64,000 nt of DNA from Limisphaerales bacterium (GTDB taxonomy: Bacteria > Verrucomicrobiota > Verrucomicrobiia > Limisphaerales > SIBE01). Location of the stretch: the NCBI GenBank assembly GCA_044225505.1, contig JBGAIN010000008.1, forward strand, positions 1-64,000, given 5' to 3'. Below are positions 17,972 through 26,378 of this stretch, one piece after another. The notes under the pieces were generated by a model that saw only the letters and a list, made by a program, of their open reading frames with translations, did no database searches and was not told the origin of the DNA. Numbering within the stretch: the stretch's first letter is position 1; the number at the start of each line of letters is the position of its first letter. The position numbers and the translations under genes are program-made.

Positions 17972-20059
17972 ATGACAACACAGACCATTGAATTGCCGAC
18001 GTCGTCCACCACTTATCAGGCCGGATCGCCTGTGCCTCAAGGCGCGACATGGGACGGCACTGGGACGAACTTTGCCTTGTTCGCTGAAGCAGCCGAGGGC
18101 GTAGAGATTTGTTTGTTCGAGAATCCCGCGGAGAAAGCCGAGGCACAACGGATCCGGGTTCGCGAGCGGACCAATGGGGTCTGGCATATTCATCTGCCGG
18201 ACGTTCATCCAGGTCAGCTCTATGGCTACCGCGTTTACGGCGCGTATCAGCCAGAGAAAGGGTTGCGCTTCAATCCGAATAAGCTCCTGCTGGATCCGTA
18301 CACACGCGCTGTGGGACGAGAGTTGAAATGGGATGATGCTCTGTTTGGTTATAGTATTGGCCACGAAGCGGGCGATCTTTCGTTCGACGAGCGCGATAGC
18401 GCCGCCTTTGCGCCGCTGGGGATCGTTACGAATCCGGAATTCGACTGGGAAAACGACAAACCACCGGGGATTCCCTGGCACGATACCGTAATCTACGAAG
18501 CCCATGTGAAAGGCTTAACCGCGAAGCATCCGAAGATTCCGGAAGATCTTCGCGGCACATATGCAGGCGTGGGGACCGAACCGATCATCCAGCACTTGAA
18601 ACAACTGGGCATTACCGCGATCGAACTGATGCCGATCCATTATTTCTTGGATGACCGCCACCTGGTGGAGAAGGGCCTTCGTAATTATTGGGGATACAAC
18701 ACCCTCGGTTTCTTTGCGCCACATCATCGTTACGCCGCGAGCCGGGCTCATCCCGCCGACGTCGTGCGTGAGTTTAAACAGATGGTCAAAGCGCTTCATC
18801 AAGCGGGCATCGAAGTGATCCTCGACGTTGTTTACAATCATACCGCCGAGGGCAATGAACGAGGGCCTACGCTGTCATTCCGCGGGATCGATAACCAGGC
18901 TTACTACCGCTTGGTCGGAGATCAAGCCCGTTACTACATGGACTACACCGGGTGTGGCAACACCCTCAATCTGGTTCATCCCCAATCGTTGAAAATCCTG
19001 ATGGATAGTCTCCGTTACTGGGTGACAGAAATGCACGTCGACGGGTTCCGTTTCGACCTCGCGGCCGCTTTAGCCCGTGAGCTTCATGAAGTGGATCAAC
19101 TCGGCGCCTTCTTCGACACAATCTACCAGGATCCCACACTGGCCACGGTTAAGCTGATCGCCGAACCGTGGGATTTGGGAAGCGGCGGGTATCAGGTCGG
19201 CAATTTCCCCATCAACTGGACCGAATGGAACGGCAAGTATCGGGACAATGTCCGGAAGTTCTGGAAAGGAGACATGGGCTTGCATTCGGAGATCGCGACC
19301 CGTCTCAGCGGTAGTGCAGATCTTTACGAACGCAGCCGGCGCGCACCGTCGGCCAGTATCAATTTCATCACAGCGCACGATGGGTTCACTCTGCACGATC
19401 TAGTCAGCTACAACGAGAAACACAACGAGGCTAACCAGGACGAGAACAAGGACGGTGCGAACGATAACGATTCCTGGAACTGCGGCGCGGAAGGCGAAAC
19501 CGAGGATGGGGGAATCCGCGAATTGCGTGAACGGCAGAAGCGGAATTTCCTGGTCACGCTGATGCTTTCGCAAGGCGTCCCGATGATCTGCGGCGGCGAC
19601 GAGATTGGGCGCACGCAGAAAGGCAACAACAATAGTTACTGCCAGGATACGGAGCTTTCGTGGCACGACTGGAATCTGAACGACGCCCGGAGATCGTTGC
19701 TGGACTTTACTTCGCGAGTTGTTCATTACCGCAGACAACATCCGAACTTCCATCGACGTAGCTTTTACGAGCAAGACCCCAGCGTTGCTGCTGAGCCTGC
19801 GCATGTCGGGTGGTTCCGCGCCGACGGGCAAGCAATGAAGGACGAAGATTGGAACGAAGGCGGTTGGATGCGCACGATTGGCATGTTCCTGGCCGGCAAC
19901 GCCCCTGAGATTCGTAATCGCGAAGGGCAGCAGGTGACCGACGATGACTTTCTTCTTCTGCTTAACTCCCACCACGAGAGTGTTGCCTTCCGTATGCCAG
20001 AGTCGCTTAATCCCTCAGAGTGGTCGGTGGAATTTCCAACGGGCAAACCTGACCTTTAG
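17972..20059 (+). CDS. glgX: Glycogen debranching enzyme (isoamylase, GH13); ends at a TAG 32 codons before the apparent natural C-terminus (TGA at 20156-20158)
   Basis: GATWDG, NYWGYNT, DVVYNHTAEG, DGFRFDLA, KLIAEPWD, INFITAHDGFTL, GDEIGRTQKGNNNSYCQD. Confidence 0.93.
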   Translation: MTTQTIELPTSSTTYQAGSPVPQGATWDGTGTNFALFAEAAEGVEICLFENPAEKAEAQRIRVRERTNGVWHIHLPDVHPGQLYGYRVYGAYQPEKGLRFNPNKLLLDPYTRAVGRELKWDDALFGYSIGHEAGDLSFDERDSAAFAPLGIVTNPEFDWENDKPPGIPWHDTVIYEAHVKGLTAKHPKIPEDLRGTYAGVGTEPIIQHLKQLGITAIELMPIHYFLDDRHLVEKGLRNYWGYNTLGFFAPHHRYAASRAHPADVVREFKQMVKALHQAGIEVILDVVYNHTAEGNERGPTLSFRGIDNQAYYRLVGDQARYYMDYTGCGNTLNLVHPQSLKILMDSLRYWVTEMHVDGFRFDLAAALARELHEVDQLGAFFDTIYQDPTLATVKLIAEPWDLGSGGYQVGNFPINWTEWNGKYRDNVRKFWKGDMGLHSEIATRLSGSADLYERSRRAPSASINFITAHDGFTLHDLVSYNEKHNEANQDENKDGANDNDSWNCGAEGETEDGGIRELRERQKRNFLVTLMLSQGVPMICGGDEIGRTQKGNNNSYCQDTELSWHDWNLNDARRSLLDFTSRVVHYRRQHPNFHRRSFYEQDPSVAAEPAHVGWFRADGQAMKDEDWNEGGWMRTIGMFLAGNAPEIRNREGQQVTDDDFLLLLNSHHESVAFRMPESLNPSEWSVEFPTGKPDL

Positions 20060-20218
20060 GACGTTCTAGAACGTCCCGGTCCGGACGGCAAGGTCGATCT
20101 GCCCGGGCGAACTATGCTTCTCCTGCACCGCAAACGTGAGCCGGGCGCCCCGACCTGATCGGAGCATTACGAATTCGGGTAAGGTCGGGGCGATTCTGGC
20201 GCTGTGCCTGGTGGATGT

Positions 20219-22525
20219 CTAAGCCTCAGGTGGAGCTTCTCTCCGAGTTAACCAAGTTTCAAACTCCAAGATTTGCCGGGGAGTGCCTAGAACGAGCAGT
20301 TCGTCCTGAGCTTGGATCGTGTCTCGGCCATTGGGCGTAAGGATTCGGTCAGCGCCTCGTTGGATGCCGGCGATTTGCACCGCTAGCTTACGGAATAGAT
20401 CGAGTTCAACCAGGGATTTGCCAGCGGCCGGGCTTTGCTCCGGGACGTTTAGGGTCTCGAGACTTAAGTCCTCCAATTCAGCGGGTGCGGACTGATCTTT
20501 TGGCGCGCCTAGATCAGCGATTGCGTCGTCGATTTGCGCGGCGCTGCCGAGGAGTAGCAGCTTGTCGTGCGGATAAAGAACGACGTCCGCCGACGGGGTT
20601 ACGATCATAATTCCGTGCCGGTCAATGCTGGCAATGGAACAGCCCAGGCGCTGGCGCAGGGCGATTTCACGGATTGGCCGGCCAGCGCGGGCTGAGAAAT
20701 CCGGCAGGATGTATTCTTCGGCTTGCAGCTGCCAGCTATCCTTCTTCTCTTCTAAGAGCTGCTTCAAGTCATGCGACCCCTTATCGCCCATGGCGCTCTG
20801 TAATTGGTCTCGCAACTCGATCTCCAACTTGCTTTGCCAAAAGACGAGGCGCCGCCAAAGAAGTGTGGCCATCAGAATCATAACGCCAAGAACCACCACG
20901 AAAGCCGATAAAACCGATCGTCCGAACGGCATCAAAGCTAAGAGCCATAGCACCAGCAGCACGGCGGACGCGCCGCGGAGTGCCCGTTCGATCAACGGCT
21001 GCAGCGCGGCGCGGCGGCGAGACTCTTTCGTGACCCACTCGGAAATGATTAGGCTCACGGTCTCGATGTTACGCCAGATCGCGACGAGCGGCGCCAGGAC
21101 CAAAACGCCGAACACGGCCCAAAAGAGGATCGATGTGCCATTCGGAAAGATCCAATCGTCTCCGAGTTGTGCTTGAATTCGGGTGTAGGCCGGGCGCACA
21201 AAGAGGATCAAGGCGGAGATCAGGAACATACCGGCGGAGATTTGCACCAGCCGGCGGGCGGAGAGTCGCCAGATCAAGCTGCGCTGTTGGCGGCTGATCA
21301 TTTGTTCGAGCCATCTTTGGTAAAAAGCGATCCATTCTCGCAGCATCAGCGGGAGGTGGTTGTCGACCCAGGCGCTGATGGGGTCTGAGCGGCGCATGAG
21401 AAAGGGCGATGCCAAGGTCGTGAGCAAAGAAGCGCCGACTGCCATCGGGAAGAATGCCGGCGGGATGACAGTCGCGGCCACGCCCATCTGGGCGGCGATG
21501 AATGAAAATTCGCCCAACGGTGTCAGAGCCAGGCCGGCGCGGATGGACTCCCGGATTTCATTGCCGCCGACAACCAGACCAATCGTGGTCGCGACGGTCC
21601 GGAGGACGAGGGCGAAGGCAGCGACGGCCAGCACGAGTGGCCAAGCCGAGACGAGCAAGCGAAAGTCGACTAACATCCCCATGGCTACGAAAAAGACCGC
21701 GCCGAACATGTCACGCAGGCCTTCAAAGCCGCGTTCAATCTCCACCTTTTGCGGTGTGCTAGCCACCACGACGCCGAGTAGAAAAGCGCCCAGCGCCATC
21801 GAATAACCGGCCTTTTGCGCCAACCACGCGAGCGACAAGAGAAGCCCAAGGACGAGAATCATGCGAACCTCCGCACGGCCTGTCTGTGACAGACGAAGCA
21901 GCAAGCGCGGAACGAAGAACAGGGCACTCAACACAAGAAAGACGATGAACGCCGTGAGGCTACCGACAATCTGCGGCAGAGAGGGACTTTGCTGGCCGCC
22001 CAGTTGCACGAGCGTAGAAAGGACCGTGAGCATGACGACCGCGACCGTGTCCTCCATGACGGTGATACCGAGAGCCAACTGTCCGTCCCGGCGATGGGCA
22101 GCGTTCAATTCTTGGAGCACTTTACTGATGATCGCGGAACTGGAAACCATCAGCATGCCAGCTAGAAACAAGCTTTGGGTATGAGTCCAACCTGCCATGG
22201 CGCCGAACAGCCGGCAGCCATTGAAGACAATCACCGCCCCTACGACCGTAGCAAAAATCACAGAGAAGCCCATTCGTCGCAACCGTGCGAAGCTCAAATC
22301 CAAGCCGATTGAGAAGATGAGGAATACCAATCCGACCTGGGCTAGGACTTGGACTCGGTCCAAATCCGTGACGAACTGAAACGGAGGAGTAAACGGACCA
22401 ATAATCGCTCCGGCGGCAAGATATCCGACAACGAGGGAAAGTCCGATTCGCTGGCAGAGCCAGCCCACCACCCCGGCGACGCCAAGGACCACCGCCAAGT
22501 CTCTAATGAAATCAATTCCCGTCAT
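20219..22525 (-). CDS. Cation:proton antiporter (CPA2) with C-terminal RCK_C/TrkA-C domains
   Basis: Many TM helices; SSSAIISKVL, VMEDTVAV, ALGAFLLG, LRDMFGAVFFV, GEFSFI; two RCK_C-like repeats. Confidence 0.88.
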   Translation of the reverse strand: MTGIDFIRDLAVVLGVAGVVGWLCQRIGLSLVVGYLAAGAIIGPFTPPFQFVTDLDRVQVLAQVGLVFLIFSIGLDLSFARLRRMGFSVIFATVVGAVIVFNGCRLFGAMAGWTHTQSLFLAGMLMVSSSAIISKVLQELNAAHRRDGQLALGITVMEDTVAVVMLTVLSTLVQLGGQQSPSLPQIVGSLTAFIVFLVLSALFFVPRLLLRLSQTGRAEVRMILVLGLLLSLAWLAQKAGYSMALGAFLLGVVVASTPQKVEIERGFEGLRDMFGAVFFVAMGMLVDFRLLVSAWPLVLAVAAFALVLRTVATTIGLVVGGNEIRESIRAGLALTPLGEFSFIAAQMGVAATVIPPAFFPMAVGASLLTTLASPFLMRRSDPISAWVDNHLPLMLREWIAFYQRWLEQMISRQQRSLIWRLSARRLVQISAGMFLISALILFVRPAYTRIQAQLGDDWIFPNGTSILFWAVFGVLVLAPLVAIWRNIETVSLIISEWVTKESRRRAALQPLIERALRGASAVLLVLWLLALMPFGRSVLSAFVVVLGVMILMATLLWRRLVFWQSKLEIELRDQLQSAMGDKGSHDLKQLLEEKKDSWQLQAEEYILPDFSARAGRPIREIALRQRLGCSIASIDRHGIMIVTPSADVVLYPHDKLLLLGSAAQIDDAIADLGAPKDQSAPAELEDLSLETLNVPEQSPAAGKSLVELDLFRKLAVQIAGIQRGADRILTPNGRDTIQAQDELLVLGTPRQILEFETWLTRREAPPEA

Positions 22526-22724
22526 ACCATCAAGGCTCGTGGACGCGCAAAAATTATTTTGCCAGGGAACCTTCTGGCGCCTACGTTTCGTTTGAGTAGC
22601 GCCAGCGCATACTACTTCACCTTTGGGAACTTGCCATGATCGTTGTTTGCATTTTGCGGTTTGCCGGGCGTCGCCTCTTCGTGCGCGCCTCTCGACCGCT
22701 CGCTAGATCTGCGGAGGACGCGTT

Positions 22725-22967
22725 ATGACCCGGCTCTGCGCCTGGTGTGGTCGCCGAATTCGTGGCCGGGGACGGGAAGTTAGCCATAGTATCTGCGATC
22801 GCTGCTATGCGGCTGCTTTCCAATGTCAGTTTGCCTTTTTAGAGGAAGTCGCTGCGGCGCCGGCCCCCACGCGACTTCAGCCAGCGGAGGTGCGCGCAGG
22901 TCATTCTGCCGGTAAATCTCGATCTCAGACCGATTTCACATTCGCGTTAGCCGAAGTCTCGAGTTGA
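22725..22967 (+). CDS. Small putative zinc-ribbon protein (CAWC...SHSICDRC)
   Basis: GGAGG 7 nt upstream of the ATG; CxxC...HxxCxxC motif. Confidence 0.55.
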   Translation: MTRLCAWCGRRIRGRGREVSHSICDRCYAAAFQCQFAFLEEVAAAPAPTRLQPAEVRAGHSAGKSRSQTDFTFALAEVSS

Positions 22968-22987
22968 TAGAAACGGGTTCGGCGGCT

Positions 22988-23389
22988 ATGATAGCGTCTG
23001 TGCGACTCGGCAAGACAGGGTTGATCTGGTTTCTAGTGCTCGTTTGGGCACCTCTGGTCGCGCATTGCCAATTTGAGGCCATCTCCGGCGCGGCTCTGTT
23101 TCAGTGTGTGCCGTCCAGTTCGGAATCGGCTCCACACGGCACCCATTGCGACGTCTCGGATTGCTGTTCCCTCGAGGCTGGGCACTACCAATTGCCTTCC
23201 AGTCAGGTGCTGCTTGTCCTGGAGAGCCAGTCGTATGATGCACCCGCAGTTTCGATACTGCTGGTCGAGCGCTCCTCGGACCTTGGCGAGGTCCATTCTG
23301 CCTGTTTTGCGCCGCCTGAATTGCCGCAATCCTGGCAATTTGCTTTACGGACAGCGCTTCCTATCCGCGCGCCTTCGCACGCTTCGTAG
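22988..23389 (+). CDS. Cys/His-rich exported leader protein (CzcI/DUF2946-like) ending in a Pro-rich RAPS motif
   Basis: Hydrophobic N-terminus, HCQFE, HGTHCDVSDCC, C-terminal RTALPIRAPS; directly upstream of the TolC gene. Confidence 0.7.
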   Translation: MIASVRLGKTGLIWFLVLVWAPLVAHCQFEAISGAALFQCVPSSSESAPHGTHCDVSDCCSLEAGHYQLPSSQVLLVLESQSYDAPAVSILLVERSSDLGEVHSACFAPPELPQSWQFALRTALPIRAPSHAS

Positions 23390-23485
23390 CTTCTCTTGAG
23401 TCGGACAAGTGACCGCCCCAAGCGGCCTTGTGGATATTCCCAAATCTTGGTCTGCCCTTTTTTCTGGGCAGCATTTCCGTGTGCT

Positions 23486-24793
23486 ATGAAGCGACGTAAG
23501 TATTTACGGTTCAGAATCAGGCTATTCTGGTGGGGGGCGATTACCAGCGTTGTTGTCGGTCCGCTCGCGAGCGAGCTTGTCGTTAGTCCAAAACCCGAAG
23601 CGCGATCGGCCGTGGGGAGCGAGGCGCTTACGCTGAGTCGAGCCGTCCAGATCGCGCTCGAAAACAACCCGGATGCGCTCGCCGCCAGGGCCAGCGTGGA
23701 GGCAGCTTCTGGCCGAGCGCGCCAGTCCCGGGCATGGCCAAACCCGTCTTTGGAACTCGCTACCGAAGACGGCCCCACGCGTGACCGCCGGGTTCTATCG
23801 GGCGCCAAACAGACGGTGGGCGTGTCCCAGACCATTCCGTTTCCAGGGAAAAAGAAGCTGGATCGCGCGATTGGGGTCCGGGAAGTCAGCGCGAGCCAGG
23901 CGTTGCGCCGTTGGAACCAGCATTCCCTCGCTCGGGAGGTGAAAGTTGCTTTTTTCCAAGTGCTTGCCGCGGAGCGATCCGTCAGCGTCGGTCGCGAATT
24001 GGCGGTTGTGGCGGAAAGGTTCGCGTTAACCGCCCGGCGGCGAATGGAAGCAGGGGCTGCTGGTGATCCTGAACCTTTACGAGCGGAGCTCCAGTTAGAG
24101 CAGGCGAAAGCCGAACTCGCCGAGCTCAAGCTTGGTGCAACCGCGGCGCGCGAAACGCTGCTGGCCTTCTTGGGACAAGAAAAATGGCGCTGGGCGACTC
24201 TCTCGGGCGAACTTGCCGAAACCATCGATTTGGCCCAGGTCGATCGGACCTCGAGCGAGTGGCTCACGCATCATCCCCAAGTTCAGGCGGCGACAGCTCA
24301 TCGCGACCAACTGCAGTTCCAATGGCGGCGGGCTAAGCTGGAACCATATCCGGATTTTAATGTGGGAGTGGCGGGTGGGCGTGACGGAGGGCCCGATCGT
24401 GAATCCATTGTCGAGTTCCGGGTTTCCGTGCCCGTGCCAATCTTCGACCGTGCGCGAGGCAAGGAAGAAGAAGCTCGCGCTGAGTTAGCTGGTGCGGAGG
24501 CGCAACGGGCAGCGGTCCAACAGCGGTTGGAGCGCGATTGGGCGCTCGTCCGCCATCGCTTGCACGTCGTTGTGGAGCAAGTCGCATCGTATCGGGACCG
24601 CATTTTACCGAAATCGCAACGGGCTTTGGAGTTGGTCCAAACGGGGTTTGATGAAGGTAAATTTGGTTTTATCGATCTGCTAGACATTCAGCGAACCTCT
24701 GCCGAAGCGCGGTTGGCTTACCTCCGCAAGTTATTAGAATTGAATATTACTCTGGCCGAACGCGACGCGTTGGTCGGGCCCTTTCCCGAATAA
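23486..24793 (+). CDS. czcC: TolC-family outer membrane efflux protein (CzcC-like)
   Basis: LTLSRAVQIALENNP, AWPNPSL, SQTIPFPGKK, VPIFDRARG, GKFGFIDLLDIQR. Confidence 0.85.
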   Translation: MKRRKYLRFRIRLFWWGAITSVVVGPLASELVVSPKPEARSAVGSEALTLSRAVQIALENNPDALAARASVEAASGRARQSRAWPNPSLELATEDGPTRDRRVLSGAKQTVGVSQTIPFPGKKKLDRAIGVREVSASQALRRWNQHSLAREVKVAFFQVLAAERSVSVGRELAVVAERFALTARRRMEAGAAGDPEPLRAELQLEQAKAELAELKLGATAARETLLAFLGQEKWRWATLSGELAETIDLAQVDRTSSEWLTHHPQVQAATAHRDQLQFQWRRAKLEPYPDFNVGVAGGRDGGPDRESIVEFRVSVPVPIFDRARGKEEEARAELAGAEAQRAAVQQRLERDWALVRHRLHVVVEQVASYRDRILPKSQRALELVQTGFDEGKFGFIDLLDIQRTSAEARLAYLRKLLELNITLAERDALVGPFPE

Positions 24794-24800
24794 TGGTCTT

Positions 24801-26354
24801 ATGCAAAACGCTTTGAATTTTCTGATCGCGCTGTCCCTTGGGTTGGCGGGTTGTTCCAAGGCAAATCTCCCGCACTCACACTCGGGCGAGGATGGCCATC
24901 AGCATGGGCCAACCTCTGCCAAGTCAATCGCCGCGTCGGGGCAAGCCGGACGCAAAGCTGAGGACCGTTCCGTGCCTCAGGAATCGCTCTGCGCGGCCCA
25001 TCGTGTTTCCAAGGCGCTCTGTTTTATTTGCGATGCAGTTCTGCGCGATCGGAATCGTCTCTGGTGCAACGAACACGCCCGATATGAAGACCGCTGTTGG
25101 AAGTGCCATCCCGACTCGCGTGACAAAGCGCGACTTTACTGCGAGGAACACGGTCTGTACGAAGACGAGTGTTTCCTCTGTCACCCGGAACTGAACCCGG
25201 CCGCGGCGCGAGGCGCCGCCTCCATTGGCGCTCCGGGATTGAAGTGCCAGGAACACGGCGTCCCAGAGGCTGAATGCGGAATCTGCCATCCGGAGCTGAT
25301 GAAAAACCTCAAGGCGGGGAGTGGCGTCAAGGTCCGACTCCCGTCCGGGCAATCCGCCCGCCGGGCCGGGGTCGAGATGGGCCAGCCTTCCGTCGGAGCG
25401 ATCGCTGACGTGGTGGAATGTTACGCGGAGATTGCCTTCAATCAGAACAAGCTGGCGCAGATTGTCGCTCCGGTCGGAGGGATCTTGCAGGAGGTAGCGG
25501 TGGATCTTGGCGATATCGTCGAGGAGAAACAAAGCGTGGCGCGACTTTGGTCCGCGAGTATCGCCGAGGCCGTCGCAAAGGCGGTGTTGACTCACCAAAC
25601 TCTCGATCGTGAGAAGCGCTTGCGCGCCCAGCGGGTGACCTCGGAGCAAGCCCTCCAGGAAGCAGAAGCGGCGCATCGCGCAGCTTGCCAGCAATTGCGG
25701 ACGCAGGGATTCACCGAAGAGCAGATCGAGACGCTCGGGACTCAACCTCAGGATCAGGTGCTCTTGGAAATGCGCGCGCCGTTTGCCGGTGAGATCGTCG
25801 AGCGCAACGCCGTGCGCGGAGCCCTGGTCGAATTGGGCAAGCCCCTGTTTACGCTCTCGGACCGATCTGTGATGTGGGGGATGCTCAATCTCCCCGAGTC
25901 AGCACTCGACCGTATTCGAACGGACCTGGAGGTGGAATTGACGCTGGATGCGATTCCCAATCGAACCTTTGTCGGGAAGCTCACCTGGATCAGTTCCCAA
26001 GTCGATGGACGAACTCGAATGACCCATGCCCGTGCGGAAATCCCTAATCCGAACGGATTGTTGAAGGCTGGCATGTTCGCCCGTGCCAAGGTTCTGCTGC
26101 GCGGTCGGGAGGGGGCCTTTCTCTTGCCGAGTTCGGCGATTCAATATGTGGATGGCACCCCGATGGTATTCGTGCAGCTTGCGGACGATCTTTTTGAGGC
26201 TCGAGTCGTGCAAGTCGGTGCTTCCTCTGGAGATCGACGCGAGATCGTTGCCGGCCTGACTGGACAGGAGGCGGTCGCGATGGCGCATGCATTTCCTCTC
26301 AAATCCCAGTTGCTCGTCTCGCGTTTAGGAGCGGGTTGCGCTCACGAAAAATAG
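24801..26354 (+). CDS. czcB: RND periplasmic adaptor (CzcB-like) lipoprotein with a His-rich stretch and four N-terminal Cys/His repeats
   Basis: Lipobox LAGC; HSHSGEDGHQH; RAPFAGEIVER, TRMTHARAEIPNPNGLLKAGMF. Confidence 0.88.
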   Translation: MQNALNFLIALSLGLAGCSKANLPHSHSGEDGHQHGPTSAKSIAASGQAGRKAEDRSVPQESLCAAHRVSKALCFICDAVLRDRNRLWCNEHARYEDRCWKCHPDSRDKARLYCEEHGLYEDECFLCHPELNPAAARGAASIGAPGLKCQEHGVPEAECGICHPELMKNLKAGSGVKVRLPSGQSARRAGVEMGQPSVGAIADVVECYAEIAFNQNKLAQIVAPVGGILQEVAVDLGDIVEEKQSVARLWSASIAEAVAKAVLTHQTLDREKRLRAQRVTSEQALQEAEAAHRAACQQLRTQGFTEEQIETLGTQPQDQVLLEMRAPFAGEIVERNAVRGALVELGKPLFTLSDRSVMWGMLNLPESALDRIRTDLEVELTLDAIPNRTFVGKLTWISSQVDGRTRMTHARAEIPNPNGLLKAGMFARAKVLLRGREGAFLLPSSAIQYVDGTPMVFVQLADDLFEARVVQVGASSGDRREIVAGLTGQEAVAMAHAFPLKSQLLVSRLGAGCAHEK

Positions 26355-26378
26355 CGTTTGCGCTGAAAGGGCTCCTTT

